Positions 25,383 to 36,660 of a DNA stretch of 64,000 bases are shown here, piece after piece. A model generated the notes under the pieces. It saw only the letters and a program-made list of their open reading frames with translations. It searched no databases and was not told the origin of the DNA. Numbering within the stretch: position 1 is the stretch's first letter; each line of letters begins with the position of its first letter. Location: assembly GCA_964016885.1 (NCBI GenBank), contig CAXHJY010000103.1, forward strand, positions 6,432-70,431. The letters run 5' to 3'. The DNA is from Eledone cirrhosa. Taxonomy: Eukaryota. The translations under genes were made by a program, and so were the position numbers.

Positions 25383-25498
25383 TCTAGTCACTGCTAGAAT
25401 ATTGTTCAACACATGTCTGCTACTAGTGCCATCTAGTGGACCTTGAAGAACTGCAGAATCAATAAGAAGCTGAGACAACCCAGAATATTCATATAAAC
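25383..25498 (-). CDS. GEMIN4: GEMIN4-like coding exon
   Basis: AG/GTAAGC, phase 1 to 0; GLYEYSGLSQLLIDSAVL..TR. Confidence 0.75.
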
Positions 25499-25566
25499 CT
25501 AAAATGGAGAAAAAATATAAAGCATGGTAAAAAAAACATGAGAGAATTCACATGAAATATTTTGAA

Positions 25567-26014
25567 GTGTACCTATTGAAAACTAGATATACATACAGGG
25601 ATGTGGTGTACCTATTGTTAACTAGATATATGTACAGGGATGTGGTGTACCTATTGTTAACTAGATATACATACAGAGATGTGGTGTACCAATTGTTAAC
25701 TAGATATACATACAGAGATGTGGTGTACCTATTGTTAACTAGATATACATACAGGGATGTGGTGTACCAATTGTTAACTAGATATACATACAGAGATGTG
25801 GTGTACCAATTGTTAACTAGATATACATACAGAGATGTGGTGTACCTATTGTTAACTAGATATACATACAGGGATGTGGTGTACCAATTGTTAACTAGAT
25901 ATACATACAGGGATGTGGTGTACCTATTGTTCACTAGATATACATACAGGGATGTGGTGTACCTATTGTTAACTAGATATACATACAGAGATGTGGTGTA
26001 CCTATTCAGATACA
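25567..26014. repeat. 39-bp intronic minisatellite, about 11.5 copies
   Basis: Unit gtacctattgttaactagatatacatacagggatgtggt. Confidence 0.95.
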
Positions 26015-26071
26015 TACAATGAAATATTGAAAAGAAAACAGAAAACAAAAAACAAAAAAATGAACCCTCAC

Positions 26072-26204
26072 CTGTGACATCAAAGAAAGGTAGTACAGGT
26101 AGAAAGTCTGCTTGGCATGGCACAATAAGTTGCTTCAGGTGTAAAAGATGCATCAGAAAGTGACAAACCAGAACACATTCTGAACTTAGAAGATTAGGAA
26201 TTAG
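26072..26204 (-). CDS. GEMIN4: GEMIN4-like coding exon
   Basis: AG/GTGAGG, phase 0 to 1; LIPNLLSSEC..LLHLKQLIVPCQADFLPVLPFFDV resembles [34 protein letters not shown]. Confidence 0.85.
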
Positions 26205-26259
26205 CTAGGGAAAAATAAATAAATCCATTAATTAATTAATTAACAGAAACTGTCATGGT

Positions 26260-26915
26260 TCCAATTTCAGAGTGATCTTGTTAAGCCTCCCCGGTAAAAT
26301 CTATGCTAAGTGTCTGGCAAAGAGATGCAGAGGGATTCCCGGAAACAGCACAGCTGACCAAATATTCACACTGTGGCAGGTCATTGAGAAATCACGAAAG
26401 TATTGCCAAGAGATATATTCTTGTTTTGTAGACCTCGAAAAGGCATATGACAGCATTCCTCGGGATCTGCTGTGGAAGGCCGTGCAGGAGTATGAGATTG
26501 ATTGTCAGCTTCTTGTTGCCCTGATGTCTCTATATGAATGCCTGAGTATTTGTGTTGGATAAATGGTGCTAAATTGAAAACATTCAATGTGGCAGATGGA
26601 CTCTGCCAAGGGTGCATACTGTCACCTATCCTGTACATTATTTACATGAACAGGATTGACATGCGCAGACGGGTTAGTAGTTGTATCATGACAGGTGGGT
26701 GTAAAATCAAGCAAATGGAATTTACTGACGATAAGGTGTTACTTAACTCAACAGAAGGTGATCTCTGACTTGCACCTGATAGGTTTTATGCTGAGTGCTG
26801 CATGGCTGGAATGAACATCAGTGCTGTGAAAACTGACACACTCGTCCTCTCAAGGAAGCCTGGGCAGTGCACTCTACATGTGAATGCAGTTTCACTGAAG
26901 CCGGTAGAGAAATCA
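26260..26915 (+). mobile_element. RTE-type RT fragment
   Basis: DQIFTL..FVDLEKAYD..GLCQGCILSP..FTDD. Confidence 0.85.
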
Positions 26916-27037
26916 GTTAAAGAATAAATGAATATTACTCTACATAAGAAGGCATGGTTGTGTGGTCAAGGAGTTTACTTCACAACCATGTTGTTTCAAA
27001 TTCTGTCCCACTGAGTGGCACCTCGGGCAAGTGACTT

Positions 27038-27485
27038 TTTAGCAGTTAAGAATGTGTTATTATTAGTAGCGCTACGAGTGACCAGTTCTGTAGAAAGGTG
27101 TGGTAAGAACATCGACAATGACTTTGGCTTGTTTTACATTATTTATTAACAAGGTTGAGCTATGTAGAGCTGAGTAGAGCAGGCATGCCAAGAGTAATAA
27201 AACAAACGAATTAAGGATTTCAGAAGGCACGGTCCACTGGCTGAAGTGTTGCCAGGCCGTGGTTAAGTTGTTGCGTTACATGTTGGCTAGTTATTTCACG
27301 ACGAAAGAAAGTTAGTTGTTTACCTTTTTACAGTCAGGATGCGAGAGACATTTCTCAAATCAACACAGGAATTTTTCCCTCAGGGCACGTAGAGATACAT
27401 TCTCTTCTACTGGCACTGATTGGCTGAGCTGAACCAAATCACGCACAGATAATGTATGTGAGCCTGCGGAATGTAGGTCACTACA
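27038..27485 (-). mobile_element. Probable solo LTR inserted in a SINE
   Basis: ACTT duplicated at 27034-27037 and 27486-27489; termini t(t)tag...ctaca; AATAAA on minus strand; host SINE resumes across the insert. Confidence 0.55.
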
Positions 27486-27597
27486 ACTTCTACTAAAGCT
27501 TTGGGTTGATCAATGCCTTGTGAGTGGAGTTTGATAAACACAAACTGTATCAATAAACCATCATATATATTATATATATATATATTTATATATTTAT

Positions 27598-28310
27598 ACT
27601 GGTTACTGCCCTAGGCATGCTGTGAATTTCTCTCTACCACGTGTGGCTGGACGGTCGCTTTAGATTCTTTTAGTGTTGTCTGAAATGTATAGCCTTACAT
27701 ACGCTGATGAACCATAGGCTAATCATTTCTGTCAACAAATTAGTTGGTGAAACAGATCCTTTTGGATTTGTACATCTGTGTTAGATAGTTATCAAGGTAC
27801 GTATTTGCACTTTGATTTATATTTTTAATTATTGTGTCTACTTTGCCTTCCATGGGCTATAGATTCCATACACTGGTGGTTTTTCCCTGTTTGACTGATG
27901 GCGAACTATCTCTCTCTCTGGTGTGTTATCTTTTCTACATATTGTATTATAAAGAGCTCGGGATTCCTTCTCCCTTGAGCACATTGCTGACAGGGAATAG
28001 CGAGAGTCTATGGCTCCGTTAATTTATCGTAATATTTCGCTCCTTATAACAGTCTCTCCTCTCTCTGTTTGGTTGAGCACACTTCTCTGAGTGGTTTGGG
28101 CTGCCCTTTCTAGCAGCTCGTCCCTCAGAGTCCACTGGTTACTGCCCTAGGCACGCTGTGAATTCTCTCTCCCACGTGTGCTGGACGGTCGCTCTAGATT
28201 CTTTTAGTGTTGTCTGAAATGTTATAAAGGGCTCGGTATTCCTTCTCCTTTGAGCACATTAATGACAGGGAATAGCGAGAGTCTATGGCTCCGTTAATTT
28301 ATCGTGATAT
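27598..28310 (+). repeat. Partial tandem repeat (Penelope pLTR-like) with hammerhead-like motif
   Basis: 27598-27688 recurs at 28134-28222 and 27948-28035 at 28223-28310; atacg-CTGATGA-acca..tggt-GAA-ac..gt-A-cgtat at 27699-27804. Confidence 0.65.
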
Positions 28311-28404
28311 ATATATTTATATATATTTGAAATTGAACAAACAAAACACAGGAGGCAATTGTACACAGTTATATTAGGTTTGCGGTCGGTGGATGTGGAG
28401 GAGG

Positions 28405-28440
28405 TTTCAACGTTTCGGACAGAAGTCCTTCATCAGGAAG
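28405..28440 (-). ncRNA. Minimal type I hammerhead motif
   Basis: ttc-CTGATGA-a-ggac-ttct-gtcc-GAA-acgt-T-gaa; palindromic ACGT stem III. Confidence 0.7.
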
Positions 28441-28718
28441 TTTGGAGATCATTTTCATCATTTTTCATTTCATTTTATGTCCGCTTTTTCCCTGCTTGCA
28501 AGGGTGGGACGGGAACTGATTCTGGCTTGATTTCTACAGCTGGATGCCCTTCCTAACACCAACCTCATTTACATATATAAGCAAAAGGGATATTTAATTT
28601 GTTGGTAATTCAACAAATATATATGTTTATAACTGATTCTAAGCACTCAACAGATTTTCTGGAGTATAATATCAATGATATTAAATAAATGGAAACTATA
28701 TTTATAAAACCATATTTA

Positions 28719-28775
28719 TTCTATTATATATATTTCAAGGGTACCAAAACTTTGGTACACTCTCATCAGATAAAA
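28719..28775 (-). ncRNA. Type I hammerhead motif
   Basis: ttttat-CTGATGA-gagtgtaccaaa-gt-tttggtaccctt-GAA-atatatat-A-atagaa; 6-bp stem I. Confidence 0.8.
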
Positions 28776-28779
28776 TATA

Positions 28780-29520
28780 AAGTTTGTTTTATAAATATTG
28801 ACATATCCAGGAAGATCTTAACGGTTCAAGTTTTTCCTGGATAGTAAAAGGAAAGAAGGGAAAGAGAAGAAAAGTCAAATACTTCAAATTATTAAGATAA
28901 ATATGCAAATGAGGTTGAGGTATAGGTATTTACTGAGTTTTTCTTTAAAAATTTAAATTTTTTAAATGATCTTCCTTCTTAAATTTAGTATTTTTACCAT
29001 TTGATATTCTTTTCCTAATGATACTCTTCTTAATCTATTTTTTAGATGTAGATTGATACTCTTTAATTGACATTCTGAAAGATATCCTCTTTATGATAGT
29101 TCTTCGAAATGCACTCTTGACTTATCTAATAATACATTTTTTCCTCTCTTTAATCTTCAAACTTTTCACTCATCTTTCAACTTAAATAATATGTAATTGA
29201 AATTCTCATCCTTGAAAAACATATAATATAAAATACCTTATAATCTCACACAAAATAATATATAATTTTCTCTACATACTTTCTAAGTAAATCATTCACC
29301 AAATTTAATGGTTAGCAAATAATATTGGAGTTATCTTTTCCTTTACAATTGAGCAAACATAGACGTGATAACTTGTATGATAAATTATATAATTTCGTTA
29401 AATTAACAATGTTTTGAAAACATTTTCAATGTTGGAACAAAATATTTGAATCTACAAATTGTTCTTCTCTTACAACTAGAACTACGTCTTTTTCTTAAAT
29501 AAATATGTATAATAATTTCA
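28780..29520 (-). mobile_element. Possible decayed Penelope-like N-terminal coding remnant
   Basis: AT-rich broken Lys/Leu-rich frame adjacent to a hammerhead motif; no diagnostic domain recognised. Confidence 0.3.
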
Positions 29521-29566
29521 CACAATATGTATAATAATTTCACACAATAATTTCATTATTATTATT

Positions 29567-29615
<49 letters not shown>

Positions 29616-29767
29616 ATTTTAAAAACACCAAAGAATCAACACATTTTCAAACATGTTTAACAATGCATTATTGATTCTTTGGTGTTTTTAATATTTGTAT
29701 ATAATAGCTTTGCCTGAAACCCATTACATTGAGCTTCCAACCATCCAGTAATGCAGTTTTAATACTA

Positions 29768-30020
29768 ATCATCATCATTTTACGTCCACTTTTTCCCTGC
29801 TTGCAAGGGTGGGACGGGAACTGATTCTGGCTTGATTTCTACAGCTGGATGCCCTTCCTAACACCAACCTCATTTACAGTGAGTGCTGGGTGCTTTTTTA
29901 CCATGGCGCCTACACGACCACTTTACAGTGGAATGATATGGACCCCAGTCCCTATCATCTCATTTCTACAGCTGAGTAAACTGGAGCAATATGAAATAAA
30001 GTGTCTTGCTCAAGGAAACA
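29768..30020 (-). mobile_element. SINE family B, truncated
   Basis: Matches 8248-8550. Confidence 0.85.
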
Positions 30021-30076
30021 ATACAAGAACAAACAACTCCATTTAATAATAATATTAATATTATTATTACTACTAT

Positions 30077-30108
<32 letters not shown>

Positions 30109-30961
30109 AAGTGTAGTTAATATGAAGCATTGTGAGATATGTAGTAAATGATTGATAAGTTTTTTAAAACCCAGTACAATGTGGTAGAAAATACAAAGGG
30201 CAAATGATGGTAAATGAAACAAAACAAAGTAGAGTAATGTTTTACCCAGTGGGTAAAACATTACTTTACAGGAGCGGGGAGCGATTAATCAAGATCTGAG
30301 AGTAGCTTAGGGGTTGCATGATAGATCCTTACAATGTTTTACAGCTGGATGCCCTTTTAATTGCCTCTTGTGAAGCACAGGGTTATGGTGTATCATCATC
30401 AAAATCAATGTTGGACTAGATCTTCTGTGACAGTTTTTCTATGGCCTTTCCTGGTGCCAACCTATACCTTACTATTGGTCTCAAATAATCATCTCCCACC
30501 ACCACCATTTATTAATTTTTCAGACATCCGTCCCATCCTCTTTATTCATTTTTGCTAATCTATCTCCAGCAAAATATTATTTTAAATGGTAGCATTCCTG
30601 CGACAATTAATTTTCTTTAGACATTAAAAAACATTATACATGACAAAAAAGGTACATTACATACGTTATAAAATAAATAGGATGGGTTGGGGCCTCAATA
30701 TGTAAACTAAACGACTAATTGTTTTTTTTTAAATCAATGGTGACAACCTTGAAAAATTACCGATTTTCCACCACCACCCGCTTATTCACCCCCCCCCCCC
30801 CCCACACACACACACTTATTCCACCCCACCCCTTTATTCCAACTCCCTCACTTATTCTAACTCCCCCCACTTATTCCACCCAACCCCCTAATATTTGGGA
30901 CCCGAGAGTACTTCAAGTATAGTATATAAATGGCTAACAAAGACCCAATAAAGAAACTCAC

Positions 30962-31089
30962 CTGTGCCAAAGCAAGAGAAACATGTTCTCTGCTGGGATG
31001 TAAATAATCAGGAAAATGTTGGATCATCTCTTGACAAAGTTCCTCATCAATACTGACAAACCTTAGAAGTTCCAATGCTGGAGAAAGAT
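30962..31089 (-). CDS. GEMIN4: GEMIN4-like coding exon
   Basis: AG/GTGAGT, phase 1 to 0; DLSPALELLRFVSIDEELCQEM..SLALAQ. Confidence 0.8.
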
Positions 31090-31094
31090 CTAGA

Positions 31095-31670
31095 GTAATA
31101 ATAATAATAATAATGAAAAGGATTGTGTACAATACTCAGGTGCACTACAACTCATCAAAAGTGTATGTATAGTACATAGAATAATTGTTTCTATTGGCAC
31201 AAGGCCAGCAATTAACCAGTACATTACTGGTACTTTATTTTATCGACCCCGTAAGGATGAAAGGCAAAGTTAACCTCGGCGGGATTTAAACTCAGCCAAG
31301 GTTAACTTTGCCTTTCATCCTTAGAATAATGTACAAATGTCAGGAAAGGGAACAGTGTATGAGTCACGATATACATGTATGCGTGTGTATGGAGGGGGGA
31401 TATTAGGTGTAATATTGGTGAATTTTAGGAAGCATGGAAGTTTTGAAGGATGCAGTGTCTCGACAGCTAGCAACTGATGCAGGTAGTTTGTTCCATGCTT
31501 CAGTAACTCTGAGCATGAAAAAATGTTTCCGAAAGTAATACGAGCTTTAATGTTTTCTGATTTTGTAAGCATGTCCATGGGTGTTAGACACATGGAATTC
31601 AAAAAGGTGCCCAGGGTTGTTGTTGGCAAGATGGTTAATCATTTTATAGGTCTGTACCAAGTCAGTTGCC
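31095..31670 (-). mobile_element. CR1 3' fragment containing a 5'-inverted SINE A (31182-31321)
   Basis: CR1 3' end match; TAGAATAA duplicated around the SINE; 31296-31321 is in the opposite orientation. Confidence 0.85.
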
Positions 31671-31792
31671 AAAAACAAAAGAAAACAAAGAAGTTAACTT
31701 TATTATAATTTATAAATTTTAGATAAAGACTTCATCTGTGATCATCTGTTGAAACTGAAACTGTTACCTGATGGTAGAGTCTGGATAGCCAT

Positions 31793-32848
31793 TTTATACA
31801 CACAGCATATATACCTTTATACAACACACACACACTATATATATATACCTTTATATACACACACATACACACAGCATATATACCTTTATACACACACACA
31901 CACACTATATATATATACCTTTATATACACACACATACACACAGCATATATACCTTTATACACACACACACACACTATATATATATACCTTTATATACAC
32001 ACACATACACACAGCATATATACCTTTATACACATACACACACTATATATACCTTTATATACACATACTCACACACAGCATATATACCTTTATACACACA
32101 CACACACTATATATATACCTTTATATACACACACATACACACAGCATATATACCTTTATACACACACACACACTATATATATATACCTTTATATACACAT
32201 ACTCACACACAGCATATATACCTTTATACACACACACACACTATATATATATATACCTTTATATACACACACATACACACAGCATATATACCTTTATACA
32301 CACACACACACTATATATATATACCTTTATATACACACACATACACACAGCATATATACCTTTATACACACACACACACTATATATATATACCTTTATAT
32401 ACACATACTCACACACAGCATATATACCTTTATACACACACACACACTATATATACCTTTATATACACATACTCACACACAGCATATATACCTTTATACA
32501 CACACACTATATATATATATATATATATACCTTTATATACACACACATACACACAGCATATATACCTTTATACACACACACACACTATATATATATATAC
32601 CTTTATATACACATACTCACACACAGCATATATACCTTTATACACACACACACACTATATATATATACCTTTATATACACATACTCTCACACAGCATATA
32701 TACCTTTATACACACACACACACACTATATATACCTTTATATACACATACTCACACACAGCATATATACCTTTATACACACACACTATATATACCTTTAT
32801 ATACACATACTCACACACAGCATATATACCTTTATACACACACACACA
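31793..32848. repeat. Compound (CA)/(TA) minisatellite
   Basis: Units cacagcatatatacctttata(ca)n c(ta)n cctttata; same array resumes at 37781-37940. Confidence 0.95.
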
Positions 32849-35800
32849 TTCATCATCATCACCGTTTTACGTCCGTTCTTCCACGCTAGCATGGGTTAGA
32901 CGGGTTGTCCTGTTGTGGGCAGTGTCTGGTCGGCTGACCATGCCTTGCTCATACAGGAACTGATCTGGCTTGATTTCTACAGCTGGATGCCCTTCCTAAC
33001 ACCAACCTCATTTACAGTGAGTGCTGGGTGCTTTTTCGTGGCGCCTACACGTCCACTTTACAGTGTGGGCTGGGTGCTTTTTTGCCGTGGCACCTCCACG
33101 GCCACTTTGCGGTGGAGGGGGGGGGGGGCATATTGTTTATATGCTTCAGCATGTACCCATGGGAGGTCGGGTACCCTGTATTACTGCGTGACGCCAGAAG
33201 TCACGGTCGTGTGTCATTGACTTTGAGAGGTGTAGTTGGGTAAGGTCGGCTTTTATCACCTCATCCCAAGTCATCTTGGGTCTCCCCACTCCGCGGTTTC
33301 CATCAACTTCTAGTGCTCTGCACCTTTTTATGCAGCTGTCATCCTTCATACGCATCACATGTCCATACCAGCGTAACCGCCTCTCCTGCACGCAGCATTT
33401 GATTCCTCTTATGCTCAGTCTCTCTCTCAATTCCTTTATGCTTTGTCGTTCACGTATATTACTGTTACACATCCATCGGAGCATGCAGGCTTCGTTTCTC
33501 TCTAATCTACGTAAGTCTTCCACCTTCAGCGCCCAGGTCTCACTACCATGCAACATCGCTGTTCGGATACACGCATCATACAGTCTGCCTTTCATTCTGA
33601 GGGAGAAGCCTTTTGCAGCTAGCAGTGGTAGTAGTTCCCTAAACTTCTTCCATCCCGTTCTTACCCTAGTTATTGTACTTTCTGAGCACCCACCTCCGTT
33701 GCTAATTCGGTCACCTAGGTAGCAGAAGCTGTCTACTGTTTCTACAGGGCCCTCCCAGAGATTGGTGGTACTTGTTTCCTGTGGCTGTTTGCTTGCTGTT
33801 TCAGCACAGCTGCTGCATGTGAATCCTACATTCTTAATTAAGCTTCCTGAGATCCCGCTACATCTCTTGTGTACCCATTGTTTGCATTTGGGGCAGAGAA
33901 TGGAGTTTCTACCTACACCTTTCCTACATACTGAGCAAGGCCATTTCCCTGAGGGGATCTGGGTTCTGTTTTCTCGTCTACTTACAAGGACCTTAGTCTT
34001 TGTCATGTTGACTTTGAGACCCTTTCTCTCTAGTCCCTGCTTCCAGATTTGGAATTTATTCTCTAGTTCTACCATAGATTCAGCTATGAGTGCGAGGTCA
34101 TCAGCATACAGGAGTTCCCATGGGCATCCGGTCTTAAACTCCTCCGTTATTGCCTGCAGGACTATGATGAACAGGAGAGGGCTAAGAACAGAGCCCTGGT
34201 GGACCCCAACCTGTACGCTAAATTCCTCGCTATACTCATTGCCAATCCTAACTTTGCTGACTGCTCCCCTATACATGGCTTGTACCGCTTTCACAAGCCA
34301 TTCATCTACTCCTAGTTTTCTAAGAGCCCACCAGATTACTGCACGTGGAACTCTGTCAAAGGCTTTCTCAAGGTCGACAAATGCCAAGTAGAGTGGCTTA
34401 CTTTTAGCTAGGTACTTTTCCTGTAATTGCCTCACAAGGAAGAGGGCATCAGTGGTGCCTTTCCCTGGTACAAACCCAAATTGCATCTCGTCTATATTCA
34501 CCCGGTCCCTAATCAGCTGTGCTATAACTCTTTCTGTTACTTTCATGACCTGGTCCATCAACTTTATACCTCTATAGTTTCCTCTATCTAGTGCATCGCC
34601 TTTACCTTTGTAGCAGTTGACAATGATGCTACTGCACCAATCTTTTGGTATGGCCCCCTCTAGTATTACCTGGTTAACGATACGTGTGGTTATAGTGTGA
34701 CCTACAGACCCAGATGCCTTCAGCATCTCGGCAGCTATACCCGATGGACCGGTTGCCTTCCCTATCTTCATATCTCTGATTGCCTTACTTACTACGCTGC
34801 CGCTGACTTGTACTGCTGGTCCCTCTATAGGGTCTACGTGGGGTAGGGTCTCTTCTTCCCATGCATTCTCCTCATTTAGTAATCTATCATAATGACTCTT
34901 CCATGCATCTTTCTTCTCAGCACTTGTGAGGGTAAGCTCACCTTTATCATTCCGGATACACTTCTCTCCAATGACATCACAACTATCTCTGACACACTGC
35001 CTCGCAATCTTGAATACCTCCTGTTTCTGGTCCTCACGTTGTAAAACATGCTTGAATTTTCTATCCTCTGCTTCCCTCCTAGCTAAGTATACTTGTCGCC
35101 TAGCTTCCCTCTTGGTCTCTATGTAATGTACCCTGCTCCCCCCGTTCTTCCATTCTTTCCATGCCTGTCTCTTGGCCTTGACTGCTTCATCTACCTTATT
35201 GTTCCACCACCAAGTCACTCTCCTCCTGCTTGAGGTCTTACTCCAGCCACAAACCTCATCCGTCGCCTCTAGTAAGTTATTTTTTAGGAACTCCCAGTTC
35301 TCTTCTACGTTAAATGTCTCTATCTGTTCTTCTTTACTGTCGTAGGCGTTGAGTAAAATATCTTTAAATCTGTTACTGGTTGAGGGGACTTTCAGCTTCC
35401 AGATCTTTCTTCTCCAGGTTGGCCTCTGTTTCAGGGCTTGTCTAGTTCTGACCGTGAGGTCGCTGACAACTAAGCTATGTTGGGATGTACATTCCTCACT
35501 AGGGAAGGCTTTTGTGTTTACGACCGTCCATCTGTCACGTCCTCTGATGAGGATAAAATCTAACTGACTAGAGTGCTCCCCTGATCTATAGGTGATCAGG
35601 TGGTTGTCGGGTTTTTTAAAGTTTGTGTTACATATCGACATGTCATTGGCGTCGCAGAATTCTAGAAGTCTGAATCCTTCCTCATTCCTTGTGCCAACTC
35701 CATGGCCTCCATGTACTCTATTGAAGCCGTCGCAGTGTTTACCTACGTGTCCGTTAAAATCTCCTGCAATGATTAGGAAGTCCTTGTCGTCTGTTAGAGC

Positions 35801-36660
35801 AGTAGTGTGTATTAGGGACTCGTAAAACCTATCCTTAAGTTCGTCTGGCAGCCCCGATTGGGGTGCGTAAGCTGATATTATTGTGGTAATTGTCTTATTC
35901 AGGACTAGTCTAAGTTTAATGATTCTTGCATTTACCCTGTACACTGAGATTACTTTATCTACCCACTTGTCAGCTAATAGTATACCTACACCACCCATCC
36001 CATCGTCATTTCCCACCCAGAAAAATTTGTAGCACTGGCTTTTTCCTACAAGGACTCTAGCAGACCCTCCTCTCCATCTAGTCTCTTGCACACAGCATAC
36101 ATCAACTTCCTTTCGCTCTAGCATTTCTACGATTTCTCCTGCTCTTCCTTTCATTGAGCCTACATTGATGGTACCAACTCGGAGTTTTGGGCATTTGTCG
36201 ACACTCGTAGGGGAGGGTCTCTGGGTTGGCGCTTCACGTGGGTGCTTGGTAGCTCGCAGATTCATATTTCATCTATTGATTCAGAGTTGCTCGTGTATTC
36301 CCAGCTCATCCATCCATAACGGTGGGAAAATTGAGGGCTAGAAGAACAGTGGTGGTGGGGTAATGGCAGGGTGTGTTGGGATGCGCCAGAGGAGGAGAGA
36401 GTTAGTTAGGCAGGTAGTAGCAGCAGCAGTGGAAATGGCATGCTAGGTTTGATTGGTCGAATAGACTATGGTGGTGTGTGGGGGTGGGGGGGAGGGAAAT
36501 TGTGAGGTAGGAACTGAGGGTCGCATGGTAAATATCCAAGTTAATACTACATCAGTAAAATTAACAATAATAACGTCATGAAAAAAACTACTAAGAGAAA
36601 CCCTAGAAAATTTATCGCTAATACAGCAGGGAAAATTTAACGCTAATACAGCAGGGAACA
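32849..36660 (-). mobile_element. Near full-length RTE-clade LINE
   Basis: Intact ORF, 5' UTR, 3' UTR and (TGA)n tail; 5' boundary approximate. Confidence 0.9.
33146..36265 (-). CDS. RTE LINE polyprotein: APE endonuclease + reverse transcriptase + PHD-like Cys/His finger (1039 aa)
   Basis: GTINV, VQETRW, SAYAPQ, GDFNGHVG, FVDLEKAFD, QGSVLSP, YADD, CSVC..CPKC..WVHKRC..CSSC; no stops. Confidence 0.95.
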   Translation of the reverse strand: MNLRATKHPREAPTQRPSPTSVDKCPKLRVGTINVGSMKGRAGEIVEMLERKEVDVCCVQETRWRGGSARVLVGKSQCYKFFWVGNDDGMGGVGILLADKWVDKVISVYRVNARIIKLRLVLNKTITTIISAYAPQSGLPDELKDRFYESLIHTTALTDDKDFLIIAGDFNGHVGKHCDGFNRVHGGHGVGTRNEEGFRLLEFCDANDMSICNTNFKKPDNHLITYRSGEHSSQLDFILIRGRDRWTVVNTKAFPSEECTSQHSLVVSDLTVRTRQALKQRPTWRRKIWKLKVPSTSNRFKDILLNAYDSKEEQIETFNVEENWEFLKNNLLEATDEVCGWSKTSSRRRVTWWWNNKVDEAVKAKRQAWKEWKNGGSRVHYIETKREARRQVYLARREAEDRKFKHVLQREDQKQEVFKIARQCVRDSCDVIGEKCIRNDKGELTLTSAEKKDAWKSHYDRLLNEENAWEEETLPHVDPIEGPAVQVSGSVVSKAIRDMKIGKATGPSGIAAEMLKASGSVGHTITTRIVNQVILEGAIPKDWCSSIIVNCYKGKGDALDRGNYRGIKLMDQVMKVTERVIAQLIRDRVNIDEMQFGFVPGKGTTDALFLVRQLQEKYLAKSKPLYLAFVDLEKAFDRVPRAVIWWALRKLGVDEWLVKAVQAMYRGAVSKVRIGNEYSEEFSVQVGVHQGSVLSPLLFIIVLQAITEEFKTGCPWELLYADDLALIAESMVELENKFQIWKQGLERKGLKVNMTKTKVLVSRRENRTQIPSGKWPCSVCRKGVGRNSILCPKCKQWVHKRCSGISGSLIKNVGFTCSSCAETASKQPQETSTTNLWEGPVETVDSFCYLGDRISNGGGCSESTITRVRTGWKKFRELLPLLAAKGFSLRMKGRLYDACIRTAMLHGSETWALKVEDLRRLERNEACMLRWMCNSNIRERQSIKELRERLSIRGIKCCVQERRLRWYGHVMRMKDDSCIKRCRALEVDGNRGVGRPKMTWDEVIKADLTQLHLSKSMTHDRDFWRHAVIQGTRPPMGTC

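Noticed and set aside
25548-26022. 13-aa repeat ORFs on both strands
   Set aside because: 39-bp intronic minisatellite; the real exon ends at the 26072 donor.
31749-32963. 404-aa His/Thr/Tyr/Ile-rich ORF
   Set aside because: Translation of a CA/TA minisatellite.
33276-35825. Plus-strand ORFs of 66-209 aa
   Set aside because: Antisense shadows of the RTE ORF.
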